Notes: generated from the sequence alone by a model not told the origin. A stretch of DNA of 64,000 nt from an uncultured Verrucomicrobiae bacterium (GCA_963702845.1 OY969763.1:5963560-6027559), one strand, 5' to 3'. Shown: positions 20,015-30,659, counted from the first letter of the stretch. Numbers and translations are program-made.

Positions 20015-21808
20015 ATGTTCATTAGCAGTTTCTCGAAATCCGTTCGTCCGTTGTTTTCCAAACTTTCAGCTTTCGGTGCCGCTTCGGTTATCGTCCTGTC
20101 ACTTGCCGCAAATTCCCATGCGCAATTGAGTAAAGGGTTTCAAATCCTTCTCACCCGCGGATTACAGACGCAAGGCCTCTCGCAATGGAACGATTTTTGG
20201 ACCTACTCGACCTACACCAATGCCAATTACACCTCCGTTAACTGGGGTGCGCAATCGCGCCCCGAATGGATGGCGCCGGGAATGGTGTGGTCGCGCTGGG
20301 CCAACGACGAGACGCAAATGCCACCGCAGGACTTCGGCAATGGCGACGAAGCTCTCGTCATGACCAACCTTGTCGCTTTGCAATTGGCAGACGAATGGAA
20401 CCTGAACGACGACAATACTCGCACCCGCCTCGTCAATTGGTTCAACAGCGTTAGTACAAATTTTCCGAACACAATTCTCTACCACAATAACTATGGCGGC
20501 CAGGTGCTGGATCAATACTTAGGCGATTTCATCAGCCGCGCCCATCCCGACATGTTGTCGTGGGACACTTATCCCTTTCACGCCGATGGCAGCGGCAATC
20601 CTATTACTGGTCGGCCGTACAACTGGTATGGCGACCTCTGGCGCTATCGCCAATTTGGATTGGGCTATCAAATCCCGACGATGATTTATCGTCAATGCTA
20701 TCACTCCACCGCCGAAGGCGTCCGCGACCCGTCACCTTCCGAGTTGCGCCTGCTCACCTCGATGGCCCTAGCCTACAACTACAAAATGATTTGCGACTTC
20801 GAATACAACGCCGGAGCCACCTCGCTCTTCACCATCGACCAGACCGGCTACAACGGCGACACCGGCGCGCCCAAGCCTCTCTACACCGAAATGATCGACG
20901 TAAACAAACGGGCGTCCAACCTTGGCAAAGCCCTCATCCGTTTAACGCCCGTTTACGACCTACACAACTCCAACGCCGTTCCGCCGCCTCCCGGTCCCAC
21001 CAGTACCGATCCCAATTTCCCTACGGGAACAACGACCGGCATCATGTTTTTGCAAGGTCGCTACCTGAGCAATGGAACAACGAACTTGAACTCGATCCCG
21101 GTCGGTTTATATCCCGACCCGCAATCCTCTCCCAATCCGACCAACCAAAACAATCTGATCTATAGCTGGTGGGAATCGGGCGTAAATGATCGATATTTGA
21201 ACGGCTGGTCAGTGACAAACAAGGGCGCCGTGAAAAACAACGGTCTCATCGGTGATGTCATTATCTCCTGGTTCCATCCTATCGACGACGGTTACAGCCC
21301 ATCAAAAAACACGAACGAAATCTATATGATGGTGGTAAACGGCCTTTCCGATGCCATCGGAACTGCTGCCGACTGCATGCAGGAAATCAAATTCAACTTC
21401 CTCGTCGGCACCAACGTGACCGCGGTCGAAATGCTTGATCCGGAAACCGGGGTAGTTACGACCAACACCATGCCGGTGATTGCCGGCAGTGGTTCCAGCA
21501 CCAAGCGACAACTCGTCATGGACATCAACGGCGGTGATGCGGTGCTGTTCAAGTTTTCTGATGGCGTACCGTTTGTGACTTTACCCGTCGCTGGCAAACT
21601 GACTGCAACCGCTGTTAGCGGTCAGCCAACGTTCACGTTGCGCGGTCCCTATGCCGCAAATTACCGCATTGAATATTCAACAAGTTTAACCGCTGGAAGT
21701 TGGAACACTTTGAAGATTTTGCAGGTGTCCGCTGTGACTGGAAATGTGACCTTTACCGACCCGGCTGGAAGCACCGCGCGATTTTACCGCGCGATCGCAC
21801 TTCCCTGA
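20015..21808 (+). CDS. Secreted hypothetical protein (possible glycoside hydrolase-like) with C-terminal RFYRA tail
   Basis: Signal peptide; Asn/Thr/Trp-rich; DMLSWDTYPF segment; function not established. Confidence 0.6.
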   Translation: MFISSFSKSVRPLFSKLSAFGAASVIVLSLAANSHAQLSKGFQILLTRGLQTQGLSQWNDFWTYSTYTNANYTSVNWGAQSRPEWMAPGMVWSRWANDETQMPPQDFGNGDEALVMTNLVALQLADEWNLNDDNTRTRLVNWFNSVSTNFPNTILYHNNYGGQVLDQYLGDFISRAHPDMLSWDTYPFHADGSGNPITGRPYNWYGDLWRYRQFGLGYQIPTMIYRQCYHSTAEGVRDPSPSELRLLTSMALAYNYKMICDFEYNAGATSLFTIDQTGYNGDTGAPKPLYTEMIDVNKRASNLGKALIRLTPVYDLHNSNAVPPPPGPTSTDPNFPTGTTTGIMFLQGRYLSNGTTNLNSIPVGLYPDPQSSPNPTNQNNLIYSWWESGVNDRYLNGWSVTNKGAVKNNGLIGDVIISWFHPIDDGYSPSKNTNEIYMMVVNGLSDAIGTAADCMQEIKFNFLVGTNVTAVEMLDPETGVVTTNTMPVIAGSGSSTKRQLVMDINGGDAVLFKFSDGVPFVTLPVAGKLTATAVSGQPTFTLRGPYAANYRIEYSTSLTAGSWNTLKILQVSAVTGNVTFTDPAGSTARFYRAIALP

Positions 21809-22337
21809 CCGGCTTACCACGTTTTTGGAACGATCCGATTAGAATTTGGCAGGCGAAAGAACGTAACCGGCTCTTTCAGGTAAATACCGACATAACCGCG
21901 CATCTTCATTTCTTCGGCTGAGCCCATCGGGCAATCGTGCGGTTCGCCGACGTAATATTTGTCCCGCAACGTTTTTTTATCCGGGCCAACCAAATCAAGG
22001 CAGCTTGCCGCGCGGTTTCCGACGAAGGTGGATGCATTGCACTTGGTTTCCTGTAATGTATTCATAAAGCAAAGGTTTTCCAAACTGTGCGACGAGGCTA
22101 CTTGACTGCACTTTCTCTGCCAATCAGGTGTGCGTCTGCTTTATCTCTAAGGGTTTGGTATGGACATAGTGTCCGCATTCGTGAACAAGGTGTGGATAAG
22201 ATAAAACACTGAGTCCTTGACAAGGTATTCGTCGCGCTGCAGTAGGCGGCCCCGTATAATACCGCGGGTGGATCAACCAACAATGTTCCGCGCTTTAAAG
22301 AAAGGAGTGCGCCATTTTTGACGCACTCCATTTCACG

Positions 22338-23810
22338 TTACTTCGTCGAATCGGCCGATTGCATCGGCGGCATGTGCAGCATCAGACTCGGGCTGCTGCC
22401 AGCTGTTCCCATAAAGTAAGTGGGATACTTACCATCCCACTTCTCGATTCGCGCCTTCTCAACTTCCAGCGCCTTCAACTGATACAGCACCGGACTCTGT
22501 TGCACCTCCATCAACGCCTGGTTGATCTTGCGGATCGACTCAGCCTCGCCGGATGCAGCGGTTTTGCGGGCGTCAGCCAGGCCCATCGCCTCTCGGCGCG
22601 CCTTTTCCGCCACGGCGTTCGCTTCAAGTTCGATGCGTTCGTTTTCTTTCTTTTGCGCCTCGAATTTGGCTTGCGCGACGACTTTCAACTGTTGCGCGAT
22701 GAACGTCTGGTCAATCGAGCGTTGTATCTCAGGATTCTCATACGTCATTCCGCCAAACATGCCGACGGTCGTGATTGCTACGCCACGTTTAGAAAAGAAG
22801 TTTGTCACGTCGTTCTTCACGGCATCGGCAATCTCCTGCTTCTTCGTGCGCAAAATATCCAACGGATATTGCGCCGCGACTTCGGCCGCAGCCTGCTGGA
22901 TGCGTGCGCGCACTTCGCTGTCCATCACGGTCGCAAGCGAGCCGCTCGGATACCAGTAAAGGAACTTCGCCGCGTCGTCCTCCGAAATGAAGGCGGTGCA
23001 AGTAAAGCCCATGCTGAACCCGACACTGTCGCCGCTCTCAATCCAGATCGCGCGATCAGTGCGGCGTGCCTGGCCGCCAACCTGTGGCGATTGCTCCGTG
23101 GTCCATTCGCGCGTCACCGGCGAACGGTTCACCTTGATCAATCGGACACTAGAGATCCATTTGCCTGTCATCTCCATGCGCCCTTCCTGCGACCAGCGAT
23201 GCAGAATCTGCACGCGCTTGGTCGCGACCTTACGCTGTTTCAAGTAGTCTTCTGACTGGAACTTCGCTTGTTGACCGCTATCGCCTTCTAACGGAATTAC
23301 AAATCCCGTTTCAGACGTGTCGATCTCGACGTATTCCGGTCGATCGAACGGCTTGCAGCCGCTGATAGTCAACGCGAGCAGGGCGCCTGCGAATAGCACG
23401 GTCGTTCTAGTGCTCGCGCTACGCCATTTCAGAAACGCCCTGCGGGCGTAATCCGAAAAGCACAGCAACGTGGCTAGAACGATTACGAGTGCGATCGCAT
23501 CCTGCAATGCCTGTGTCGCAGCATGAAACGCGCGCACTTCGCTCGCGACTTCATTAGATGCGGTGAATTGCTTCACGGCCAATGCGCTGGCGATTTGCGG
23601 TTGTTTCACCGCAAGCCACCATGCGTCGAGCGTTCCGATCGCGCTGACCACGACGATCAACAATCCCACGCGCCACCAGAATCTTTCCCGCAGGAAAAGC
23701 ATTCCGACAGCAATAGGAACCAACACGGCCAACGCGATGAGCGCGACGGACCACGTTTGAACGAACATGTGCGCACCTGGCACCAGCGTGCCAATCATAG
23801 TACACTTCAT
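22338..23810 (-). CDS. SPFH/Band 7 domain membrane protein
   Basis: N-terminal TM helices, SPFH-like core, coiled coil, EKWDGKYP tail; RBS GGAG before ATG 23810. Confidence 0.75.
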   Translation of the reverse strand: MKCTMIGTLVPGAHMFVQTWSVALIALAVLVPIAVGMLFLRERFWWRVGLLIVVVSAIGTLDAWWLAVKQPQIASALAVKQFTASNEVASEVRAFHAATQALQDAIALVIVLATLLCFSDYARRAFLKWRSASTRTTVLFAGALLALTISGCKPFDRPEYVEIDTSETGFVIPLEGDSGQQAKFQSEDYLKQRKVATKRVQILHRWSQEGRMEMTGKWISSVRLIKVNRSPVTREWTTEQSPQVGGQARRTDRAIWIESGDSVGFSMGFTCTAFISEDDAAKFLYWYPSGSLATVMDSEVRARIQQAAAEVAAQYPLDILRTKKQEIADAVKNDVTNFFSKRGVAITTVGMFGGMTYENPEIQRSIDQTFIAQQLKVVAQAKFEAQKKENERIELEANAVAEKARREAMGLADARKTAASGEAESIRKINQALMEVQQSPVLYQLKALEVEKARIEKWDGKYPTYFMGTAGSSPSLMLHMPPMQSADSTK

Positions 23811-23945
23811 AACCAACTCCGATGTCGTGCCCGCCTTATGCTTTATTTGCGACGGCGCGAGCCGCCACGACACAAAGCCGCAACGAGTTCTGCAACAGGG
23901 TGATCATGTGGTGCCCCGACCTGGGGTCCTAGAGGATCGCCCTTC

Positions 23946-24095
23946 CAATTGCCGACGAGGTTAGCTGACGGGCTCGGTCCTGGAAGTGACCTTGATTCCG
24001 GTTACCCGGAATCGTTCGCCCCGTCCCTTTTTCAAAGGGAATTTGGTTCCCCCGCATCGGCCCACAGGAAGGCAGGCCGATTTAGGCTGCAATTA
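23946..24095 (-). ncRNA. Cyclic di-AMP (ydaO/yuaA) riboswitch
   Basis: Minus strand reads GCGGGGGAACCAAATT...GGGGCGAA...CCGAGCCCGTCAGCTAACCTCGTCGGC, closed by AATTGC/GCAATT pairing; matches the ydaO consensus. Confidence 0.88.
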
Positions 24096-24277
24096 CTTCA
24101 GCACCCGTTCATTCGCATTTATTTCGCCGTGTGTCAATTGCAGTTGGGCCTCGCAATCTGTAAGTGACTCACGCTGTGGCAAATTTAATTGTGACCTCTG
24201 TTTGTTGTGCAAGATGCTCACCAATGGCTTTGGCATACGTCTTGACGGTGCGCCACGAAACTGACACTCCTTTCATT

Positions 24278-25555
24278 GTGAAAAAAATTTCTGCCGCGCT
24301 GATTCTCTCGTCTGCAATGGCGTTGCAATTGCACGCTGAAAAAATCCACACGTTCGAAAAAATCCAACTCAGCGACGAGTTCTGGAGTGAAGGCGCGAAC
24401 TTCGGCGACTTTAATCACGACGGGAAAATGGACATCGTCTCCGGCCCGTTCTGGTATGAAGGCCCCGATTTCAAAGTGCGCCACGAATTCGCGCCTTCCA
24501 CCGAGACATTCGAAGTCACGCAGCCGGACGGAACAAAAAAAGCCTATCACGGTTTCGAAGGTGGGCTCGGCACCAAAAACAGCTACAGCCACAATTTCTT
24601 CGCATACACTTACGATATTAATCACGACGGCTGGACTGACATCGTGATCCTCGGTTTTCCCGGTGAAGAATCGTGGTGGTTTGAAAACCCAAAAGGCAAA
24701 CCGGGCCATTGGCTCAAGCACACCATCATCAAAGTCACCGACAACGAATCGCCGATGTTTGGCGACCTGACGGGCGATGGCAAACCCGAGCTCATCTGTT
24801 CGTCCGAAGGTTACATGGGCTATGCCTCGCCGAATGATTGGAAAAATCCGACCAATCTTTGGACATTCCATCGCATCTCAGAAAACAAAAATTATCACAA
24901 ATTCACGCACGGTCTTGGCATCGGTGACGTCAACGGCGACGGTCGTATGGACGTTCTGGAAAAGAACGGTTGGTACGAGCAGCCAAAATCACTCAAAGGC
25001 GACCCTATTTGGAAATTCCATTCCTTCGAGTTTTCCCACAACGGCAGCGCGCAAATGTTCGCTTACGACGTCAACGGCGACGGCCTGCCGGACGTGATTA
25101 CCAGTATGTGGGCACACGGTTACGGGCTCGCCTGGTATGAGCAATTGCGCGAGCGCGATTCGAATGGCGAAATCCAATTTAAGAAACATCTGATCCTTAA
25201 CGAGGACGCCACGCCAAATAAATACGGGGTCGCCTTCTCACAACTTCACGGCGTCGCCATGGCCGATATGAACGGCGACGGCTTGCTCGACATCGTCACT
25301 GGCAAACGTTTCTGGGCACACGGCCATAAAGGTCCCGATCCCGATTCCGATGGCACGCCTGTCCTCTATTGGTTCGAGCTCGTTCGCAACAAAGACAAAT
25401 CCGTCGACTGGGTTCCGCATCAGATCGACAACAACTCTGGCGTCGGCACCCAAGTGGTCGTCGGTAAGGTCAACAAAGACAAACTGCCGGACATCGTCGT
25501 TGGTAATAAAAAGGGAACGTTCGTTTTCCTGCACCAAGTTGAGAAGTCGAAGTAG
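24278..25555 (+). CDS. FG-GAP/VCBS repeat secreted protein
   Basis: Repeated DxNxDGxxD motifs (DFNHDG, DINHDG, DVNGDG, DMNGDG); signal peptide. Confidence 0.88.
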   Translation: MKKISAALILSSAMALQLHAEKIHTFEKIQLSDEFWSEGANFGDFNHDGKMDIVSGPFWYEGPDFKVRHEFAPSTETFEVTQPDGTKKAYHGFEGGLGTKNSYSHNFFAYTYDINHDGWTDIVILGFPGEESWWFENPKGKPGHWLKHTIIKVTDNESPMFGDLTGDGKPELICSSEGYMGYASPNDWKNPTNLWTFHRISENKNYHKFTHGLGIGDVNGDGRMDVLEKNGWYEQPKSLKGDPIWKFHSFEFSHNGSAQMFAYDVNGDGLPDVITSMWAHGYGLAWYEQLRERDSNGEIQFKKHLILNEDATPNKYGVAFSQLHGVAMADMNGDGLLDIVTGKRFWAHGHKGPDPDSDGTPVLYWFELVRNKDKSVDWVPHQIDNNSGVGTQVVVGKVNKDKLPDIVVGNKKGTFVFLHQVEKSK

Positions 25556-25557
25556 CA

Positions 25558-25633
25558 GGTAGGGCGCTCCGCGAGCGCCGTCCAACCCCTCAAATCGTCT
25601 GGAATTCGGCTCGCGCGGAGCGCGAGCCCTACC
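25558..25633. repeat. REP-like inverted pair (GGTAGGG...CCCTACC)
   Basis: ggtagggcgctccgcgagcgccg ... cggctcgcgcggagcgcgagccctacc between convergent genes; relatives at ~7551, ~14041, 27820 and 39727. Confidence 0.7.
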
Positions 25634-25671
25634 AAAAGAAAAACGCTCCACTGCCTAAGCAATGGAGCGTT
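25634..25671 (-). terminator. Rho-independent terminator of the EF-hand gene
   Basis: AACGCTCCA...TGGAGCGTT stem followed by a T-tract on the minus strand. Confidence 0.7.
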
Positions 25672-25695
25672 CGGTTTCCGGACTTGAGTCCGAAA

Positions 25696-25962
25696 TTAAT
25701 TATTGGCTGGCGTCTTTTTTCTTGGACCACCGAGACCGGCCTTTTTCATCTTTTCTTTGTCTTCGGCGCTGATCTTGGATTTTTCTTCCTTATCGAGCTT
25801 GCCGTCTTTGTTGGTGTCATATTTTTCCAACATTTCCTTCTGCACGGCCTTTTGTTCGTCGGTCATTTTGTGGTGCTTCTTAGTGGTGCTGTCATCAGCA
25901 GCGTGCACGCAGATAGCGGTGGCACAAATAACGCCAGCGATAGTAGCTAGGATTTTTTTCAT
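25696..25962 (-). CDS. Small secreted EF-hand protein
   Basis: Signal peptide; DTNKDGKLDKEE EF-hand loop. Confidence 0.8.
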   Translation of the reverse strand: MKKILATIAGVICATAICVHAADDSTTKKHHKMTDEQKAVQKEMLEKYDTNKDGKLDKEEKSKISAEDKEKMKKAGLGGPRKKTPANN

Positions 25963-26042
25963 AGTATTAATGTAGTATTTAGTCTCCGGTGTCCGGATAT
26001 TTAGGCTAGACGAGGCTATCCGTCAGCAGGTTACAGGTCTTC

Positions 26043-26468
26043 CTAGGCGGTATGGGCCGAGGCAATGTGCTTATCCAATAGAAGCTCTTTTGGCTGCTCA
26101 ATTAGCTCAACCTCATAGCCTTCCGGCGCATCGATAAAGGCAAATCCACCCCCTCCAGGGCGCATTGTGGGCCCGTCAGAATACTTTAAACCGAACTTCG
26201 CCAGATGTTTGCCGAACTCAGCCAGGCTATCCACTTCAAAGGCCAGGTGGGTCAAATCGGTCTGCACCTGCACCGGCCCGCTGTTCGGGAATGAACAAAT
26301 TTCAATCAACTCCTCGCTCTCGACCGCCTTGAGGAACACCAGTTCTGAACCGCGCGGCGATTTATGCCGGCGCTTTTCTTCCAGCCCTAGCACTTCTTTG
26401 TAGAACTTGATCGTGCGTTCGAGATCGTTGACGCGATATCGGGTATGCAACAGTTTCCTGGCTATCAT
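26043..26468 (-). CDS. VOC/glyoxalase family protein (lactoylglutathione lyase-like)
   Basis: LLHTRYRVNDLE, HLAFEV, AFIDAPEGYEVELI. Confidence 0.85.
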   Translation of the reverse strand: MIARKLLHTRYRVNDLERTIKFYKEVLGLEEKRRHKSPRGSELVFLKAVESEELIEICSFPNSGPVQVQTDLTHLAFEVDSLAEFGKHLAKFGLKYSDGPTMRPGGGGFAFIDAPEGYEVELIEQPKELLLDKHIASAHTA

Positions 26469-26581
26469 GCGGTGAAAACGTATCCGACGGGCCCTTAAAG
26501 GCAACAGACAAGAAAATACGCATTTGTTTGTCAGGCGCAACCCTCTTGCCCCCAAGGCTCCTTTGAGATACAAAAAATGCC

Positions 26582-27817
26582 GTGCGAAAAATAGTTCCTG
26601 GGCCGCTTCTGCTGTTAATCCTGCTGCTCGCACCATTGGTTGTTCACGCCCAAATCGATCCTGACAAAAGGACGCTCTTTCAATTGGGATACAATCAGCC
26701 GCTCGTGGGCAAAGGCCCCTTGGCTGCTTACGCGTTTTATTACCGCAACCAGCCGGATTTTCTGTCCCATTCAAATCTGACTCTCCGCCTCGCGGTCGCG
26801 CCGGTTTACCTCGATGCCGAATTGGGCATTCGCGGTGCGCTGGGCGAGAACACTGACGTCGGTCTCGGCGTCGCTGGCGGCGGTTTTGCCGACAGTTATT
26901 ACGAGATCAATGGAGGCCAATATCTCAAAGGCCAATCATTTATTGGCGATGGGGGGCTAGTCTCGGCGTCGGTTTATCATCTGTTCGACCCCGGACAGAA
27001 AATCCCCTTAAGCGGCGTTCTCCACGTGATTCCACATTACAGTGTTTACGAGCCCGATAGCGATACCGCCCCCAATTTCGTCTTGCCGCAAAACCATCTC
27101 ACCATCAGCACCCGGGCTGGACTGCGCCTCGGAGGTCGCGAGCCCGTGATGATCCCCGACGTCGCTTTGGAACTTTCGGTTTGGTACGAGAATCAATATC
27201 GCACCGGCAGCGGCCTCTACGGATTCAACGGCGACCGTGAATTGAAAGAACTCTCGCACCTGTTTTGGGCGCGCGCCCTATTCATTTACACAACCGAAGC
27301 GCATCACAATTTCAGTGTCAGCGTGAGCGCCGGCGGCAGCATGGAGGTGGACCGGTTCAGCGCGTATCGCCTCGGGGGTGATTTGCCGCTCAGTTCAGAG
27401 TTCCCGCTGATTATTCCGGGCTATTACTATCAGGAGTTAAGTGCGCGAAAATTTGTCTGTTTCACCGGAGAATATTCACTGCCATTGGATCACGATCAGC
27501 GCTGGAGTTTGAAGGCGCTGGGTAGCGCGGCGGGGGTTGATTTTATTCCCGGTGAAGAACAGACGAGGCATTTCAATTCAGGATTGGGCGCCGGCATCGG
27601 TTATCGGTCCAAATCCGGTTTCTGGCAGGTCATCGGCAGCTACGGCTACGGCTTCGAAGCTTTGCGCAACAATGGACCAGGGGGCCAAAGTATTGGGTTC
27701 CTCTGCCAGATTGACTTCGAGGCTCGCCACCGCGCGCATGCGTCCGCTCCGTTGCTCGATCCTACAAGCCCGCAGAACTCCCGTGGCCTCTTCCGCTTTT
27801 TGCAAAACGTGTTTTAG
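26582..27817 (+). CDS. Putative outer-membrane beta-barrel protein
   Basis: Signal peptide, alternating Gly/aromatic strands, terminal Phe. Confidence 0.6.
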   Translation: MRKIVPGPLLLLILLLAPLVVHAQIDPDKRTLFQLGYNQPLVGKGPLAAYAFYYRNQPDFLSHSNLTLRLAVAPVYLDAELGIRGALGENTDVGLGVAGGGFADSYYEINGGQYLKGQSFIGDGGLVSASVYHLFDPGQKIPLSGVLHVIPHYSVYEPDSDTAPNFVLPQNHLTISTRAGLRLGGREPVMIPDVALELSVWYENQYRTGSGLYGFNGDRELKELSHLFWARALFIYTTEAHHNFSVSVSAGGSMEVDRFSAYRLGGDLPLSSEFPLIIPGYYYQELSARKFVCFTGEYSLPLDHDQRWSLKALGSAAGVDFIPGEEQTRHFNSGLGAGIGYRSKSGFWQVIGSYGYGFEALRNNGPGGQSIGFLCQIDFEARHRAHASAPLLDPTSPQNSRGLFRFLQNVF

Positions 27818-27819
27818 CA

Positions 27820-27847
27820 GGTGGGGCGTGTCGCTCCGCGAGCGCCG
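27820..27847. repeat. REP-like palindrome
   Basis: ggtggggcgtgtcgctccgcgagcgccg between convergent genes; shares gctccgcgagcgccg with the 25558 copy. Confidence 0.65.
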
Positions 27848-27850
27848 TTC

Positions 27851-29344
27851 TTATTCAACACCAAAGCCCGCCATCAACCTCATCAATGCCGGTTGCGAAA
27901 ATTCTTCCCGCGCCAGTGTTCCAGCCATTTTCCCCTGGCGCATTACCAAAATCCGCCGGCTCAAATTCATCACCTCCGGCAACTCGGAGGAAATCACCAC
28001 AATACCCAACCCATTTTGCGCCAGTTCATCCAACAGCTGATGAATCTCCGCCTTTGCTCCAACATCAATCCCGCGCGTCGGCTCATCCACGATCAAAATA
28101 CCGCACTCGCGCGCGAGCCATTTTGCCAGCGCAATTTTCTGCTGATTGCCGCCGCTCAGCCCGGCGATCGGCGCGTCCATTGTGGGCGTTTTGACGCGAA
28201 GCCGTTCCGCATACCGTTGCACAATGGCTCGTTCCTTCGTGCGATTCACAAAACCAAAATTCGTCAGCCTGCGCAAACTCGCCATCGAGGTGTTCTCGCG
28301 GCAATTCATCGTCAGCACCAACGCCAGGCGCTTGCGATCTTCTGGAAGAAGTCCAATCCCACTCCTCAATGCATCAGTAACTGACCCAAGTGCCAGTTCT
28401 TTTCCTCGAACGAAAACCTTTCCTGTTGCTGCCGGGTCAAGGCCGAAAATGGCCTGCGCAACTTCACTGCGGCCCGCGCCAACGAGACCGGCGAATCCAA
28501 GCACTTCACCAGCGCGTAGCGTAAAACTCACGTTCTCGAACTTGCCGGGCGAAGAAAGATTTTCGACGCGCAGAAGTTCCTCACCCAATTCGCGCCCGAG
28601 ATGCTGCGGCGTTTGAAACACTACTTCGCGTCCGACCATCTGGTGAATGACTCGGTCGCGATTTGTGTCCGCGATCTTTTCCGTCACAACATGTCGCCCA
28701 TCTCGCAAAACCGTAATCGCATCGCACAACCGGAAAATCTCCTCCATCCGATGCGATACATAGATGACCGTAATGCCGCGCTGTTTTAGGTGGGCCAACA
28801 ATTCGAAGAGCCTCTCGCTTTCGCTCACCGACAGCGAACTGGTCGGCTCATCCATGACGATGACTTGGGCATGCGTGCCCATCGCGGCCGCGATTTGCAC
28901 CATCTGCTCCTGACCCGTCGAAAGGTTTGCGATGGGCTCGTCCAGTGGAAGGTCTGCTTTAATTTCAGCAAGCATCGCGCTTGCGCGTGCTCGCATTGTT
29001 TTACGGTCGAGAAACCCTCCCGGTTTCTGTGGCAACGCCCCCAAACAAAGATTTTCCGCAACCGTCAGATTCGGACAAAACGCCAGTTCCTGGTGAACCA
29101 TCGCGATCCCAAGTTCCCGCGCATCCAGTGGGGTCGTCGGATGAATCTCTTTCCCGTCCAAAAACATTTCACCGCTGTCCGCCGTGTAAACACCCGCAAG
29201 AATTTTCCCAATCGTGCTTTTTCCCGCGCCATTTTCGCCGATGAGTGCATGACAGCTTCCGCGCTTCACTTCAAACGAAACTCCATCCAGCGCGAGCACG
29301 CCGGGGAAGCGCTTCGTGATGTTTTGGAACCGGACAAAGCTCAT
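27851..29344 (-). CDS. Sugar ABC transporter ATP-binding protein (RbsA/MglA type)
   Basis: GENGAGKST, LSGGNQQK, DEPTRGIDVGAK; two nucleotide-binding domains. Confidence 0.93.
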   Translation of the reverse strand: MSFVRFQNITKRFPGVLALDGVSFEVKRGSCHALIGENGAGKSTIGKILAGVYTADSGEMFLDGKEIHPTTPLDARELGIAMVHQELAFCPNLTVAENLCLGALPQKPGGFLDRKTMRARASAMLAEIKADLPLDEPIANLSTGQEQMVQIAAAMGTHAQVIVMDEPTSSLSVSESERLFELLAHLKQRGITVIYVSHRMEEIFRLCDAITVLRDGRHVVTEKIADTNRDRVIHQMVGREVVFQTPQHLGRELGEELLRVENLSSPGKFENVSFTLRAGEVLGFAGLVGAGRSEVAQAIFGLDPAATGKVFVRGKELALGSVTDALRSGIGLLPEDRKRLALVLTMNCRENTSMASLRRLTNFGFVNRTKERAIVQRYAERLRVKTPTMDAPIAGLSGGNQQKIALAKWLARECGILIVDEPTRGIDVGAKAEIHQLLDELAQNGLGIVVISSELPEVMNLSRRILVMRQGKMAGTLAREEFSQPALMRLMAGFGVE

Positions 29345-29383
29345 GTATGAATCACGGATTCCGGAAATCCGTGTAATCCGCGG

Positions 29384-30559
29384 TCAACTTTTTAGGGTTT
29401 TCGCAAACTTCTCAATGCGATCCAGTCCCTTTTCAAGGTTCGCCATACTCGTCGCGTAGCTGATACGAATGTAATCATCCGCACCAAACGCGATTCCCGG
29501 CACTGCCGCGACCTTTTCCGATTCCAGCAACTTCGCGCAAAAGTCCATCGAGTTGAGACCAAGCTTGGAGATGTTCGGGAACAGGTAAAACGCGCCCTTC
29601 GCATTCACGCATGAAATGCCGGGAATGCTGTTGAAGCGTTTGTGCGCATAGGCGCGACGGCGGGCAAACTCTTCCAACCAAGTTTTTAGATGATCTTGCG
29701 GTCCGTTCAATGCAGCGACGGCGCCTTTCTGCGCGAACGATGTCGGATTACTCGTCGTATGACTCTGAACGGCGTCCAGTGCCTTCGCGATTGGTTCCGG
29801 TGCAGCGATCATTCCGATACGCCAACCGGTCATCGAATAAGCCTTCGCCAAACCATGCACCACGATCGTATGATCATAATGCGCTTGCGAAAAACTGGCC
29901 ACACTGGTGTGTGTCGCGCCATCATAAACCAGCTTCTCGTAAATCTCGTCGCTCATGATGAGCACGCCTTTTTCCACGCAAATATCGCCGAGCGCTTTAA
30001 TTTCCTCGCGTGTGTAGAGCGAGCCAGTCGGGTTGCTCGGCGAATTGAGAATGAACAAACGCGTGCGCGGCGTAATCGCTGCGCGAAGCTGTTCGGGGGT
30101 GACTTTGAATTCCGTCTTGTCGCTCGTTTCGATGATGACCGGTGTCGCCTCCGCCAGACGCACCATTTCCGGATAGCTCAACCAATACGGTGCAGGAATG
30201 ACGACTTCATCACCAGCTTCGCAAGTCGCCAGGATCACGTTCGCGCATGAATGTTTGCCGCCGCAATTGATGATGATCTGCGACGGCTTGTAGGTCAGCC
30301 CGTTGTCACGTTTGAATTTATCCGCCACTGCCTGGCGCAATTCCGGAATTCCGCTGCTGGGAGTGTATTTAGTGAACCCGTCGTTGATCGCCTTGATGGC
30401 AGCATCGCAAATGTGTTTCGGAGTCGCAAAATCAGGTTCCCCCGCGCCGAAGCCGACGACGTCAATGCCGTCCGCTTTCATCTGCTTAGCCTTCGCGTCA
30501 ATCGCCAGCGTAATGGAAGGCGTGAGCGAGGCCGCGCGTTTCGAAATCTTATATTTCAT
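29384..30559 (-). CDS. aspC: Class I PLP aminotransferase (aspartate aminotransferase)
   Basis: GEPDF, NSPSNPTG, SDEIY, AKAYSMTGWRIG. Confidence 0.85.
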   Translation of the reverse strand: MKYKISKRAASLTPSITLAIDAKAKQMKADGIDVVGFGAGEPDFATPKHICDAAIKAINDGFTKYTPSSGIPELRQAVADKFKRDNGLTYKPSQIIINCGGKHSCANVILATCEAGDEVVIPAPYWLSYPEMVRLAEATPVIIETSDKTEFKVTPEQLRAAITPRTRLFILNSPSNPTGSLYTREEIKALGDICVEKGVLIMSDEIYEKLVYDGATHTSVASFSQAHYDHTIVVHGLAKAYSMTGWRIGMIAAPEPIAKALDAVQSHTTSNPTSFAQKGAVAALNGPQDHLKTWLEEFARRRAYAHKRFNSIPGISCVNAKGAFYLFPNISKLGLNSMDFCAKLLESEKVAAVPGIAFGADDYIRISYATSMANLEKGLDRIEKFAKTLKS

Positions 30560-30659
30560 GCAGCGCGTAATATGGATGAATGTGCGACGAAAACAATATC
30601 AGAGCGAAAGCCGGCAGGAGAAAAGCTCGAAGCGGTTTACAACCACCGAGACTCTGTGG

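Noticed and set aside
21814..22331. Two short minus-strand ORFs downstream of the SPFH gene
   Set aside because: No recognisable motif and weak starts; may be a decayed foreign gene but cannot be supported
29345..29383. Short palindrome cacggatt...aatccgtg as a specific regulator site
   Set aside because: Looks like a common short intergenic repeat (similar to ~50022-50040), with no evidence of a specific function
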